From contig NZZV01000208.1 in assembly GCA_002698945.1 (NCBI GenBank), positions 31,069 through 93,712 of the forward strand: DNA of 62,644 bases. The letters run 5' to 3'. The notes under the pieces were generated by a model. That model did not search any database. It had not been told where the DNA came from and saw only the letters and a list, made by a program, of their open reading frames with translations. Position numbers and translations under genes: made by a program. Each line of letters starts with the position of its first letter. Within the stretch, counting starts at the first letter, position 1. The stretch is from Acidimicrobiaceae bacterium (GTDB taxonomy: Bacteria > Actinomycetota > Acidimicrobiia > Acidimicrobiales > Ilumatobacteraceae). Of the stretch, positions 1-9,281 are shown piece after piece.

Positions 1-182
1 TCGGCCAGCTGTGCCTGTGACTCGAAGGCGGCCTGCTGGGTCTGCTGCTCCTCGAAGGCGGCTTGCTGCTTGCCGGCTTGGCGGCGGTTCATCGCGCCGA
101 CCGTGGCGTTCGCGGTGCCGGCGACGACGGCCGTGCGGGCCATCGTGCCGACCAGTCCGGGGCGTCCGAAGCGTCGTGGCAT
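1..182 (-). CDS. Probable SHOCT-domain protein, N-terminal part (runs off the window edge)
   Basis: Manual translation from ATG at 182: MPRRFGRPGLVGTMARTAVVAGTANA... then Q/A-rich. This N-terminus is typical of actinobacterial SHOCT proteins that follow DUF6325 genes. The SHOCT domain itself lies outside the window. Confidence 0.7.
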   Translation of the reverse strand, partial: MPRRFGRPGLVGTMARTAVVAGTANATVGAMNRRQAGKQQAAFEEQQTQQAAFESQAQLA

Positions 183-211
183 GGTTCGTGTCTCCTCGTG
201 AGTTCGTCGGG

Positions 212-667
212 TCAGTTCGTGGTGTCGGTGTTGTCGTCGTCCAGCGCGGCGAGTTCGTCGAGCAGTTCGTCGATGACCATGCCGGGCACTCGGAAGTTGG
301 CGGCGAGCACCCCACCCGAGCCGACGATCGCATCGCGGAACGGCTTCGCCCACGTGTGCTCGAAGACCAGGATGGCCGCCGAACTGTCGGGTTCGAGGCC
401 CGCCGCCAGTTCGGCGACGTCGTCGTCGGACAGCAGCGACTCGACCTCGTCGAGCAGACCGGCCAGGCGGTTCACGCTCTCGTCGGCACCGACCTCGGAG
501 AGCTCGTAGAACTCGACCTCACCGTCACCGTCCTTGCGGACGAACAGACCGTCGACGATCGAGATGGTCTTGCTCTCGACGAGCCGTTCGAGTTCGGGGA
601 GGATCTCGCCGTTGAACCGGTTCCCCGGAAACGCGATCTCGAGTACTTCGATGGGTCCGAGCGACAT
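212..667 (-). CDS. DUF6325-type small acidic protein
   Basis: MSLGPIEVLEIAFPGNRFNGEILPEL...AAILVFEHTWAKPFRDAI; GAGG RBS-like sequence upstream of ATG 667. Confidence 0.75.
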   Translation of the reverse strand: MSLGPIEVLEIAFPGNRFNGEILPELERLVESKTISIVDGLFVRKDGDGEVEFYELSEVGADESVNRLAGLLDEVESLLSDDDVAELAAGLEPDSSAAILVFEHTWAKPFRDAIVGSGGVLAANFRVPGMVIDELLDELAALDDDNTDTTN

Positions 668-785
668 CTCGACCTCCGTGGCGTCGCAGTGCACAGCCGC
701 CGTTCGGCTGCGATGCGGCGAGCATAGACGCAGCGGACCTCACCTCGCGTCCGTTCCGTCACCAGTTCGTTCGCCGTTCATGTCG

Positions 786-3197
786 CTACAAGTAGCCCTG
801 CTGCTCCAGCCGCTTCATCGTGAAGAAGCCGGCGATCGGCGGCAGATAGGTCGTGAAGAGTCGGTGCGTGAGCGCCACGGCGAGTGCCGTCGTCTCCGGG
901 ACGCCGAACGCCGTCAGGCCCACGACGAAGCCGGCCTCTGCGACGCCGATGCCGCCCGGAACAGGGAATACCCCGGCGAACCACGACACGGCGGTGTTGA
1001 CGAACACGACCGTCGCGAACGTGAGCGGCTCCCCGTAGGCGTACAGGATCGACGCCAGCGTCATCGCGAACAGCAGCTTCTTGGCGATCAGACCACCCAG
1101 CAGCTTGGCGGCCCGATCGGGCTCCGAGAGTGCCCCCTTCAGCTCGTGGGCGGTCTCGAGGATCGGCGGCACGATCCGGTTCCGGAACTTCGGCACCGCG
1201 AGGACGACGACCACGGCGACCACCGCTGCGATGGCGAGGATGACCACGATGGTGATGAAACCGGTGAAGTCGGCGTCATCGGGGAGGTCGATGTCGGCGC
1301 CGACCACCCGCGCCGACACGAGCAGCAGCAGCAGGTCGATGATCCAGCCGAAGATCGTCGTGAACGGGCCTTGTCCGACCGCCACCCGAGTCGGCACGCC
1401 GAGCTTCTGGAGGTAGCGGATCGTCATGGCGATGCGACCCGCATCCGACGGGACAGCGAGCCCGATGTACGACGTCGCGTACTGGAACTGCATGGTCGGT
1501 CCGAACGGCAGCGGGCGCGACACGACGCCCATCATCGAGATCGTCTCGGCGACGTTCGTGCTCTGGCTGATCAGGAACGCAACGATCAGCCAGCCCACCG
1601 ACGCCGACTGCAACTCGTCGACGAACGTGTCGAGGTCGATGCTCGTGATCCACGAGATGATCGCGTTGGCCGCGACGAGCGCAAGGCCCACCATCAGGAC
1701 GTCGACCAGACGAACCCGCCGCAACTTCACGAGTTCGGGCGCATCGACACCCAGCGCTTCGACGGCTCGCTTGCGAAGATCGTCGACGTCGAGGTCGGCC
1801 GCGCGGACCGCGGCAGTCAGGTCACGCGAGAGTGCCGCGCGCTGGAGGGCAGGCACGGCCGACTCGAGATCGCCGCGCATCGCCGAGCGCAGCACGGCGG
1901 CGAGCGCCCGGTCGGGGCCGACCAGGAGCGCCGTCGTGACCAGCATCTCCACGACGTCGACGTGGCGTTGTAGGCCGCTCGGCGCCATCGTGCCCCGCGC
2001 CAGGTCGCGGAAGCCGACCGTGTCATCGGCGGCAACCGTGACACGGGTCGGGTCGAGATGGCCGTGGTTCAGCCCGCCGGCATGCAACTCGTCGAGCGCT
2101 CGCCACACCCCGTCGAGCAGCTCATCGTCGAGTTCGACTTCCGCCAGGTCCGCGAGGGTTCGACGGTGACGGTCACGGGTGACGAGCACGACGTCGCCGG
2201 TCGACGTGTTCCCCACCGCGACGACATCGGGCACGTCGACACCGGTTCGCTGAGCGAGCAGGAGCAGGAGCGCCTCGTGTTCGGCCAGTTGCTGGCGTGA
2301 CACGCCGAGCGACCAGGCGGCGTCCCGGTACCACATGGCCCGCCAGACGCGGTTCGCGAACGCACTGTCGGCCGCATCGCGACCGTAGACCCGGATCGAG
2401 ACAGGCCCGGTCGGGTCGCGGCCGGTCGCCTCGAGCCAGCCGTTCGGCTGCACGGGGTGGTACGCGAGGTCGGCGACGCCGACGCTCAGGTCGGCGAGCG
2501 CGGCGGCGATGCGATCGAGGGTCGGCAACCCGATGCTCGTGCCGAACGCGAAGCGAACGATCGCCGCCGCACCGACGCCGACCGCGACACCGCCGATGAC
2601 GGTCGTGAGCGTGCCGTACCCCAACATCAGGGCACCGACGACACTCGTGCCGATCACCCAGCGGTCGAAGCGCCGCACCGGGGCCGTGAGCGACGGCCGA
2701 ACCGTCAACAGCACCGCAACCACCAGCGCAGCACGCACGATCGGGAACGGCGGAGTCGCATCGGCCCAGATCTCCGGCACCAGATCGGGCCAATCGGACG
2801 ACACCCCCCAACCGAGCAGCAGCGAAGCGACCAGCGTCAGCAGGATCGCGCTGAACACGTCGCGAACCAGCGCCCAACGGGAACGAACGGCGACCGTCAC
2901 GACGAGCACGACCACCACGAGGCCGCTCGAAGTGAACGCGACCACGGCGATCGATCGCATCCATGCCGGCGCATCGTCGAAGATGTCGGCGACCCACGTT
3001 TCGAGCTCGCTCTCGCTCTCGCTCGCCCAGGCGGCCAGGGCCACCACGATCGCGCTGATGACGGCGAGCACGGCGTCGGCAGGTCGACGCACCCGTGTCT
3101 CGTCACGATCGGACGCGAAGATCTGTGACACCCGCGCGGGGCGTCGGTCGAACATCGCCCCGACGCCGACAGCTGCTGGTTCCGCGCCCGCGTTCAC
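786..3197 (-). CDS. Integral membrane protein: N-terminal TMs, kinase-like middle domain, C-terminal lysylphosphatidylglycerol-synthase TM (UPF0104/flippase-like) domain
   Basis: PVPGGIGVAEAG...HRLFTTYLP C-terminal motif; middle region with IRVYGRD, EHEAL, LHAGGLNHG. Confidence 0.8.
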   Translation of the reverse strand: MNAGAEPAAVGVGAMFDRRPARVSQIFASDRDETRVRRPADAVLAVISAIVVALAAWASESESELETWVADIFDDAPAWMRSIAVVAFTSSGLVVVVLVVTVAVRSRWALVRDVFSAILLTLVASLLLGWGVSSDWPDLVPEIWADATPPFPIVRAALVVAVLLTVRPSLTAPVRRFDRWVIGTSVVGALMLGYGTLTTVIGGVAVGVGAAAIVRFAFGTSIGLPTLDRIAAALADLSVGVADLAYHPVQPNGWLEATGRDPTGPVSIRVYGRDAADSAFANRVWRAMWYRDAAWSLGVSRQQLAEHEALLLLLAQRTGVDVPDVVAVGNTSTGDVVLVTRDRHRRTLADLAEVELDDELLDGVWRALDELHAGGLNHGHLDPTRVTVAADDTVGFRDLARGTMAPSGLQRHVDVVEMLVTTALLVGPDRALAAVLRSAMRGDLESAVPALQRAALSRDLTAAVRAADLDVDDLRKRAVEALGVDAPELVKLRRVRLVDVLMVGLALVAANAIISWITSIDLDTFVDELQSASVGWLIVAFLISQSTNVAETISMMGVVSRPLPFGPTMQFQYATSYIGLAVPSDAGRIAMTIRYLQKLGVPTRVAVGQGPFTTIFGWIIDLLLLLVSARVVGADIDLPDDADFTGFITIVVILAIAAVVAVVVVLAVPKFRNRIVPPILETAHELKGALSEPDRAAKLLGGLIAKKLLFAMTLASILYAYGEPLTFATVVFVNTAVSWFAGVFPVPGGIGVAEAGFVVGLTAFGVPETTALAVALTHRLFTTYLPPIAGFFTMKRLEQQGYL

Positions 3198-3399
3198 GTC
3201 ATCTGGTCCCGTCGGTTCACGACGGCTGCCACTGTAGACCGGGCCGACTGGCGAAGGCGGGAGTCGAGCTCGTCGCCGGTGTCGTGGCCCACGTTCCGCG
3301 ACGCGTGGTGCAGTAGAGTCCGCGCCGAACGCACCGAGCCGGGAAGGGCCTGCACATGAAGACGCTCAGGTCGCTCGCCGAACTGTTCGAGGATCGCGA

Positions 3400-5586
3400 G
3401 TGAAGCGCCCGCGTCCGCTGGGGAACACGTCGCTGGCCACGAAGCTGGCCCTCGTCGCGTTGCTGGTCACCCTGATCTCCCTGGCGGTCACCGCGGCGGT
3501 CGGCCTCGCCCGCGGCAGCGATCTCGCCGACGAGATCGCGGACGACCGATTCGTGACGGTCGCGTCGTCGCGTGGCGCAGCGATCGAAGGGGCGGTGCTG
3601 TCGTACGAGCGCGAGCTGACGGCCCTCGCATCGAGTCCCGCCGCGGGCGCAGCAATCCGCGATCTCGGTGCGGCCTACCTCGAACTCAACGCGAACCCGC
3701 CGGACGCGACGAGCTCGACCGAACTCACCGAGTACTACCTCTCCGACGTGGTCCCCGCGCTCGAAGCCGTCAGCGGCGATCGGGTCGGCACGTCGTTCCT
3801 CGTGCCCACTGGCGACGCCGCCGTCCACCTCCAGCACGCGTACACGATTCCGCGAGTTCCGGGGGATGACGGCGTCGGTGGCGACTCGGGCGACTCGAGT
3901 CCGGTGGCGATCGATCCTGCGCTGGTCACCGACCCGGGGGATGGCACGACGTACTCCGAGCTGCACGAGACGGTGCATCAGGTGTACGGGCAGATCGCCG
4001 TGCAGTCCGGGTTCGACGACCTGTACCTCATCGACGCGCGATCGGACACGATCGTGTACTCGGTCCGCAAGCGCATCGACTTCGCAACGAGCCTCGACGT
4101 CGGGCCCCACAGCGGCACGACGCTCGCCCGCCTGCTCGACACGTTCGACGACGCCACCGCTCCGGTCGGTCGGTTCAGCGACTTCTCGTCGTACGTCCCG
4201 GCGTACGAGCGACCCACGACCTTCGTCGCCAGCCCGGTGTTCGACGCCTCGGGCCTGGTGGGATACGTCGCCGCATCGTTCGCGGTCGACCCGTTCGACG
4301 CGATCCTCTCGGGCGATGGCGAGTGGGACGGCTTCGGCGACTCCGGTGAGGCCTACCTCGTCGGCACCGACGGCATCATGCGGACGACATCTCGACCGTT
4401 CGCAGCGTCGCCCCCGACCTATCTCGATGCCACCACCGAACCCGGTGTGGCGCAGCTCACCGACGCACAGCGACGACGCATGTCGGCGACCGGCACCACC
4501 GCCCTCGTCCAACCCGTCGACCGTCAGGTCGTGCTGGCCGCGACCGAGTCGGCCGGCGGCGCCGGCATCGCCGACATGGTCGATCACCTCGGCCGCGAGG
4601 TCCGCGTGGCCTCCGTGCCGATCGCCGTCGACGGACCGACCTGGCTGGTGTTCGCACAGATCGATCGGGACGAACTGGACCGCCCGATCGAGAACTACGC
4701 ACGCAGCATGCTGTTCGCCGTGGCGCTGTTCATCGTCGTCGTGACGTTCGTCGCCGTGCGGTGGTCGAACCGGTTGATGGCGCCCATCCGCACGATCGCC
4801 GAGCGACTTCGTTCCGTACGAGCGGCCTCGGCGTCGGGTGCGCACATCGACCCCGACCTCGTGCTCGGCGGTCGGGACGGCGACGGACCAGCCGAGTACC
4901 GCGAGCTGTCCGACAACGTCGACCAGATGTTGCGTCGTCTCGGCGAGCGGCGGGCGGCGGTCGAGGCTCGATCGGCCGAGCGGAGCTCGCTGCTGCAGCA
5001 GTTCCTGCCGGCGGCGGTCGCGCGGCGGAGCGAGGAGAGCGGCGGCGAGGTGCTCGATCACGTCCAGAACGCATCGGTCGTGGTCCTCCAGGTCGACGGA
5101 CTGGGTGACCTCGTGGGCGGCGTCCCCGACCACGAGGTGCGACGCCTGCTCGGTGACCTCGTCGACGAGGTCGACGCCCTGGCCACCGAGCACGGCCTCG
5201 AACGCATCAAGCTCACGGGTTCGACCTACTACGCCGTCTGCGGGGTCAACCGACCCTACCTCGACCACGCGCCACGGGCCGTCGACTTCGCGCTCGCCGC
5301 CCGCGACCTCGTGGCCGAGCTGACGGACGGCAGCCTCCGAGTCACTGCCGGTGTCTGTTCCGGTGGCGTCTCGGTCGGGCTCGCGGCGCGCGCCGCGCTC
5401 GTGTACGACGTCTGGGGCGACACCGTCACCAACGCCGAGCGTCTCGCCCGCACCGCCCCCGAGAGCACGATCCTGGTGAGCAACGAGGTCCGCGGACAGC
5501 TGCCCGCGTCGTTCGTGGTCGTCGGGGACGTGGACGGCGTCGCCGCCGTCAGCGCCCGGGTTGCCGCTTCGGAGGCGACGACGTGA
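3400..5586 (+). CDS. Membrane receptor: TM, Cache-like sensor, TM, HAMP, class III nucleotide cyclase-like domain (degenerate)
   Basis: YSVRKRIDFATSL and GDSGEAYLVG sensor motifs; LERIKLTGSTYYAVCG and YDVWGDTVTNAERL cyclase-fold motifs. Confidence 0.85.
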   Translation: MKRPRPLGNTSLATKLALVALLVTLISLAVTAAVGLARGSDLADEIADDRFVTVASSRGAAIEGAVLSYERELTALASSPAAGAAIRDLGAAYLELNANPPDATSSTELTEYYLSDVVPALEAVSGDRVGTSFLVPTGDAAVHLQHAYTIPRVPGDDGVGGDSGDSSPVAIDPALVTDPGDGTTYSELHETVHQVYGQIAVQSGFDDLYLIDARSDTIVYSVRKRIDFATSLDVGPHSGTTLARLLDTFDDATAPVGRFSDFSSYVPAYERPTTFVASPVFDASGLVGYVAASFAVDPFDAILSGDGEWDGFGDSGEAYLVGTDGIMRTTSRPFAASPPTYLDATTEPGVAQLTDAQRRRMSATGTTALVQPVDRQVVLAATESAGGAGIADMVDHLGREVRVASVPIAVDGPTWLVFAQIDRDELDRPIENYARSMLFAVALFIVVVTFVAVRWSNRLMAPIRTIAERLRSVRAASASGAHIDPDLVLGGRDGDGPAEYRELSDNVDQMLRRLGERRAAVEARSAERSSLLQQFLPAAVARRSEESGGEVLDHVQNASVVVLQVDGLGDLVGGVPDHEVRRLLGDLVDEVDALATEHGLERIKLTGSTYYAVCGVNRPYLDHAPRAVDFALAARDLVAELTDGSLRVTAGVCSGGVSVGLAARAALVYDVWGDTVTNAERLARTAPESTILVSNEVRGQLPASFVVVGDVDGVAAVSARVAASEATT

Positions 5587-7160
5587 GCGGCATCTTCCGA
5601 GATCCGAGCGCCGGCTACGCGGCGATCGTCATCGTCCTGCTCCCCGTCGTCATCATCGGCATCGGCGAACTCGAGGAGCGACTGCGCCAGCGCGACTCCC
5701 CGCTGCGTGGGCCCGTGGGCCTCGTCCGGACGTGGGTCCTCCCGCTCTTCGCGATCTGGGCGCTCCTGATCGTGCTGCTCCCGTCGGGCGACGGCGACGT
5801 GGTGGTCGCCGTCATCGCGACGGCCCTCGTCGGCGCCACCGGCGCCGCAGCGCTCGCCGCGCTGTCGATCGTCGTCGAGCGCATCCGGACGCGGCCGAGC
5901 GAAGGCCGGCGTTCGGTCCCACGCCTGCTCCTCGCCTTCCCACGAATCGTCCTGATCCTGACGATCCTCTGGGTGATCATCGCCGGCGTCTGGAGCGTCG
6001 ATCTGTCGGCAGCACTGACCGCACTCGGCGTGACCTCACTCGTCGTGTCGTTCGCGCTCCAGGACACGCTGGGGGGCATCGCCTCCGGATTCACCCTGCT
6101 CGCCGATCAACCGTTCCATCCGGGCGACTGGATCGAGGCCGACGGCGTCGAAGGTCAAGTCATCGACACCAACTGGCGCAGTACCCGCATCCAGACCCGC
6201 AACGGCGATCTCGTCGTCGTGCCGAACGGCAAGTTGGCGGGTGCCACGATCACGAACTACGACGAGCCCTCGCGTCTGCACCGCATCGTCGTACCGGTGC
6301 AGGTCGCGTACATGAACGCACCGTCCGACGCGAAGGCGATGCTGATCGCGGCTGCGAAGTCGACGCCCGGCGTACTCGCCGAGCCGGCTCCGAACGCCGT
6401 CGTGGTCCAGATCGACGATCCGCTGATGGGGTACGAGGTTCACCTCTGGATCGACGACTACTCGATCAGACCGCGCGTTTTCAGCGACTTCGGATCACTC
6501 GTGTGGTACCACTCGCATCGTCGTGGCGTTCCGCTGCCGAGCCCGGCACAAGATCTGTACCTGTGGGACGGCGAACGTTCCGCTGCGGCGGGACGACGCG
6601 ACCACGCGTCCATCCTGGAGGGTCTGCGCTCGTCCGTCCTGTTCGATCAGTTGGACGACGACGAACTCGACATCCTCTCGGCCGGCGTCGAGACGGGACG
6701 GTTCGCCAGCGGCGAGGTCATCCTCGGCCCCGACGACGACGGCCTGGTGGTCGTCGAACACGGCTCGGCCCGACTCGAGCTCCGCCTCGATCCGCAACGG
6801 AGGGAACCGGTGCTCGACGTGACCGACGGCGATCTCGTCACGCCGATCGCACGCAGCGAGACCCGCGGGCACGATCTGGTCGTGATCGCGTCGACCGACT
6901 GCGACGTCTTGCTCGTCCCGGCGTCGTCGGCCGGTGGTGTCATCTCTCGCTCACCGGCGCTCAACGGTGCCCTCGACCAGCTCACGACGAGCCGACGGCG
7001 TCGTGTGCAGCGGGTCCTTCGGCGGCTCGACCAGCAGCGCGCCGCCGACCACGTCGATGCGTTGGGCCTCGGCACTGCTCCCGAACCCGCGGTCGGCCCC
7101 GCGACCGACGTCGCACCCGACGAACCGGGCGCCCCCGATCCGGGAGCGACGTCCGCATGA
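5583..7160 (+). CDS. MscS-family mechanosensitive channel with C-terminal cNMP-binding-like domain
   Basis: ALGVTSLVVSFALQDTL, PFHPGDWI, NWRSTRIQTRNGDLVVVPN; C-terminal LFDQLDDDEL...FASGEVI. GTGA overlap with the upstream gene. Confidence 0.9.
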   Translation: MSGIFRDPSAGYAAIVIVLLPVVIIGIGELEERLRQRDSPLRGPVGLVRTWVLPLFAIWALLIVLLPSGDGDVVVAVIATALVGATGAAALAALSIVVERIRTRPSEGRRSVPRLLLAFPRIVLILTILWVIIAGVWSVDLSAALTALGVTSLVVSFALQDTLGGIASGFTLLADQPFHPGDWIEADGVEGQVIDTNWRSTRIQTRNGDLVVVPNGKLAGATITNYDEPSRLHRIVVPVQVAYMNAPSDAKAMLIAAAKSTPGVLAEPAPNAVVVQIDDPLMGYEVHLWIDDYSIRPRVFSDFGSLVWYHSHRRGVPLPSPAQDLYLWDGERSAAAGRRDHASILEGLRSSVLFDQLDDDELDILSAGVETGRFASGEVILGPDDDGLVVVEHGSARLELRLDPQRREPVLDVTDGDLVTPIARSETRGHDLVVIASTDCDVLLVPASSAGGVISRSPALNGALDQLTTSRRRRVQRVLRRLDQQRAADHVDALGLGTAPEPAVGPATDVAPDEPGAPDPGATSA

Positions 7161-9277
7161 GCATCGCACGCGGCCGTTCGCTCCGATCGCGACTCACCCG
7201 ACGACTGGTCGGCCTCGGACTGGTGTCGGTCGTGCTGCTCGCTGCCGTCAACCTGGTCGTCGTCTACGGCCTGCTCGAGCGAGGTGCGACCAACCAGCTG
7301 AACACCCTGCGGAACCTCCGTGCCGACACGGTGGAGCACACGGTCGAGAACACCCTCGATCGCGTCGCCGTCCTGGGCACGGACCCCGGTGTCGGTGCCG
7401 CACTCGCCGACCTCTCGGCCGCCTATCTGGAGCTCGACGAGGGCGGCACGGACATTTCCGAGACCGAGCTCGACCAACTCGTCGCCAGCTACGCCGAAGT
7501 CACCGACCGGTACGACGCCGTCGATGCCGTTCGCCCCCCGACCGACGATCTGGTCCCCGACAGCGCGGCCGGCCGATACGTGCAGTTCCACTACACGGCG
7601 GCCAACGAGACCGAACCGCGATCCGACCTCGACGACGCGGCTGACGGATCCGCGTACAGCGAAGCGCATGCCGAGCACCATCCGTTCCTGCGCGACCTGG
7701 CGACGAGCCTCGGCGCGAGCGACGTCTTGCTCGTCGATCTGACCACGGCCGAGGTCGTCTACTCCGTGTCGAAGCGGATCGATCTCGGCACCGATGTGAC
7801 CACGGGCCCGTACGCCGGCGGCGGCTTGGGTACCGCCATCGACAAGCTCGAGGGCACCCCGGTCGATGCGGCCGCGGTCGCCGACACGAGCTTCTACCTG
7901 CCCGACACCTCGGCGCCGGTCGTGCACATGGCCACGTCGGTCCGCTCGAGGGCAGAGGTGCTCGGTGCCGTCGTCGTGGTGTTGCACACCGATCGCCTGA
8001 CCGAGATCGTCACGAGCGGCCAGCAGTGGGATCTGCTCGGGCTCGGCGACACCGGTGACGCCTACCTCGTGGGAGCCGACCGACGCCTGCGCACCGTCCC
8101 ACGTCCGTGGTTCGACGATCCCGACGCCTATCTCGAGCGCTATCTCGACATCGGTGGCGACGAACGAGCCGCCGAACTGATGGCGTTCACCGGATCACCC
8201 GTGCTGCTCCAGCCGGTCGACAACGACGCGGTCGACGTGGCGTTGGAGGGCGACGCCTTCACCGGGAGCACCACCAACTTCCTCGGCCGCACCACGTTGA
8301 CCGCGGCATCACCGGTCGACGTGGCCGACCTGGGCTGGATCGTCGTCACCGAGCAGGAAGTCGATGAGACCCGCGACGAACTCGAGCGCTTCGTGCTCGC
8401 GATCGTCGTCGTCCTGGCCGTCTTGTTGTCGGTGCTCGCCGTCGTCGGTGTCGTGCTCGCCCGGGTCCTGGCCCGGCCGGTGCGGCCGCTCGTGGAGGCT
8501 GCCGGGCGAATCGCGGAGGGCGACTACCACACCGAGGTCCCCGATCTGGGCAACAACGAACTCGGCGACGTCGGCCGGCAACTCGAAGCGGTCGCCGCCA
8601 GGCTGCGCGAGCAAGAGGCGTCGATCGAGGCCGAGGAAGATCGGATCAACGAGATGCTGGCGAGCGTGCTCCCACCTGCGCTCGTCGATCGTGTTCGCAG
8701 CGGCGAACGTGAGCTGGCCGAGGTGGTCGACACGGCAACGGTCGTGTCGATCTCGATTCGCGGGATCCCGATCCCGTCCGGCGCCGAACAGGACGCCGTC
8801 GTCGAGCTGACGACGCGTCTCGCCGACGAGGCCGCCGCGGTCGCACAGGCGCACGGCGTCGAACGTGCGCAAGCGGCACTCGAACACCAGACCTTCGTCG
8901 CCGGGCGGGGGACGCCGACGGTCGACACACGACGGGCGGTCGCCTTCGCGCGCGACATCGTCGACGCACTCCCACGCGCCGCCGCCGAGCTGGGCAGCGA
9001 GATCTCGGTCGCCGCAGGCCTCTCGGCAGGACTCGTCGCGACCGGCGTGCTCGGGAGTCGACAGGTGACGTTCGGTGTGTGGGGCACGCCGGTGGGCGCC
9101 GCGGTCGAACTGGGCGACCGTGCGCGGCAGGGCGAGATCCGCATCGACAGCTCGGTGTTCGACGAGCTCGACGACGATGCGACCGTCCCGGTGGACGGCG
9201 CCGACGACGAGTGGACGCTGACCGCTGCCGACCCCATTGTCGAACCCGCTGCCGATCCCGCATCCGGAACGGTGTGA
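7157..9277 (+). CDS. Second Cache-like/HAMP/cyclase-like membrane receptor (paralog of 3400..5586, more degenerate)
   Basis: ATG 7157 overlaps the MscS stop (ATGA). YSVSKRIDLGT, GDTGDAYLVG, HAMP NNELGDVG, and TFGVWGTPV motifs. Confidence 0.85.
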   Translation: MSIARGRSLRSRLTRRLVGLGLVSVVLLAAVNLVVVYGLLERGATNQLNTLRNLRADTVEHTVENTLDRVAVLGTDPGVGAALADLSAAYLELDEGGTDISETELDQLVASYAEVTDRYDAVDAVRPPTDDLVPDSAAGRYVQFHYTAANETEPRSDLDDAADGSAYSEAHAEHHPFLRDLATSLGASDVLLVDLTTAEVVYSVSKRIDLGTDVTTGPYAGGGLGTAIDKLEGTPVDAAAVADTSFYLPDTSAPVVHMATSVRSRAEVLGAVVVVLHTDRLTEIVTSGQQWDLLGLGDTGDAYLVGADRRLRTVPRPWFDDPDAYLERYLDIGGDERAAELMAFTGSPVLLQPVDNDAVDVALEGDAFTGSTTNFLGRTTLTAASPVDVADLGWIVVTEQEVDETRDELERFVLAIVVVLAVLLSVLAVVGVVLARVLARPVRPLVEAAGRIAEGDYHTEVPDLGNNELGDVGRQLEAVAARLREQEASIEAEEDRINEMLASVLPPALVDRVRSGERELAEVVDTATVVSISIRGIPIPSGAEQDAVVELTTRLADEAAAVAQAHGVERAQAALEHQTFVAGRGTPTVDTRRAVAFARDIVDALPRAAAELGSEISVAAGLSAGLVATGVLGSRQVTFGVWGTPVGAAVELGDRARQGEIRIDSSVFDELDDDATVPVDGADDEWTLTAADPIVEPAADPASGTV

Positions 9278-9281
9278 CCGG

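Noticed and set aside
5561-7156. 1238-aa ORF 5561..9277 as one giant protein
   Set aside because: The first ~530 aa are an Arg-rich off-frame overlap of the MscS gene; the real start is ATG 7157.
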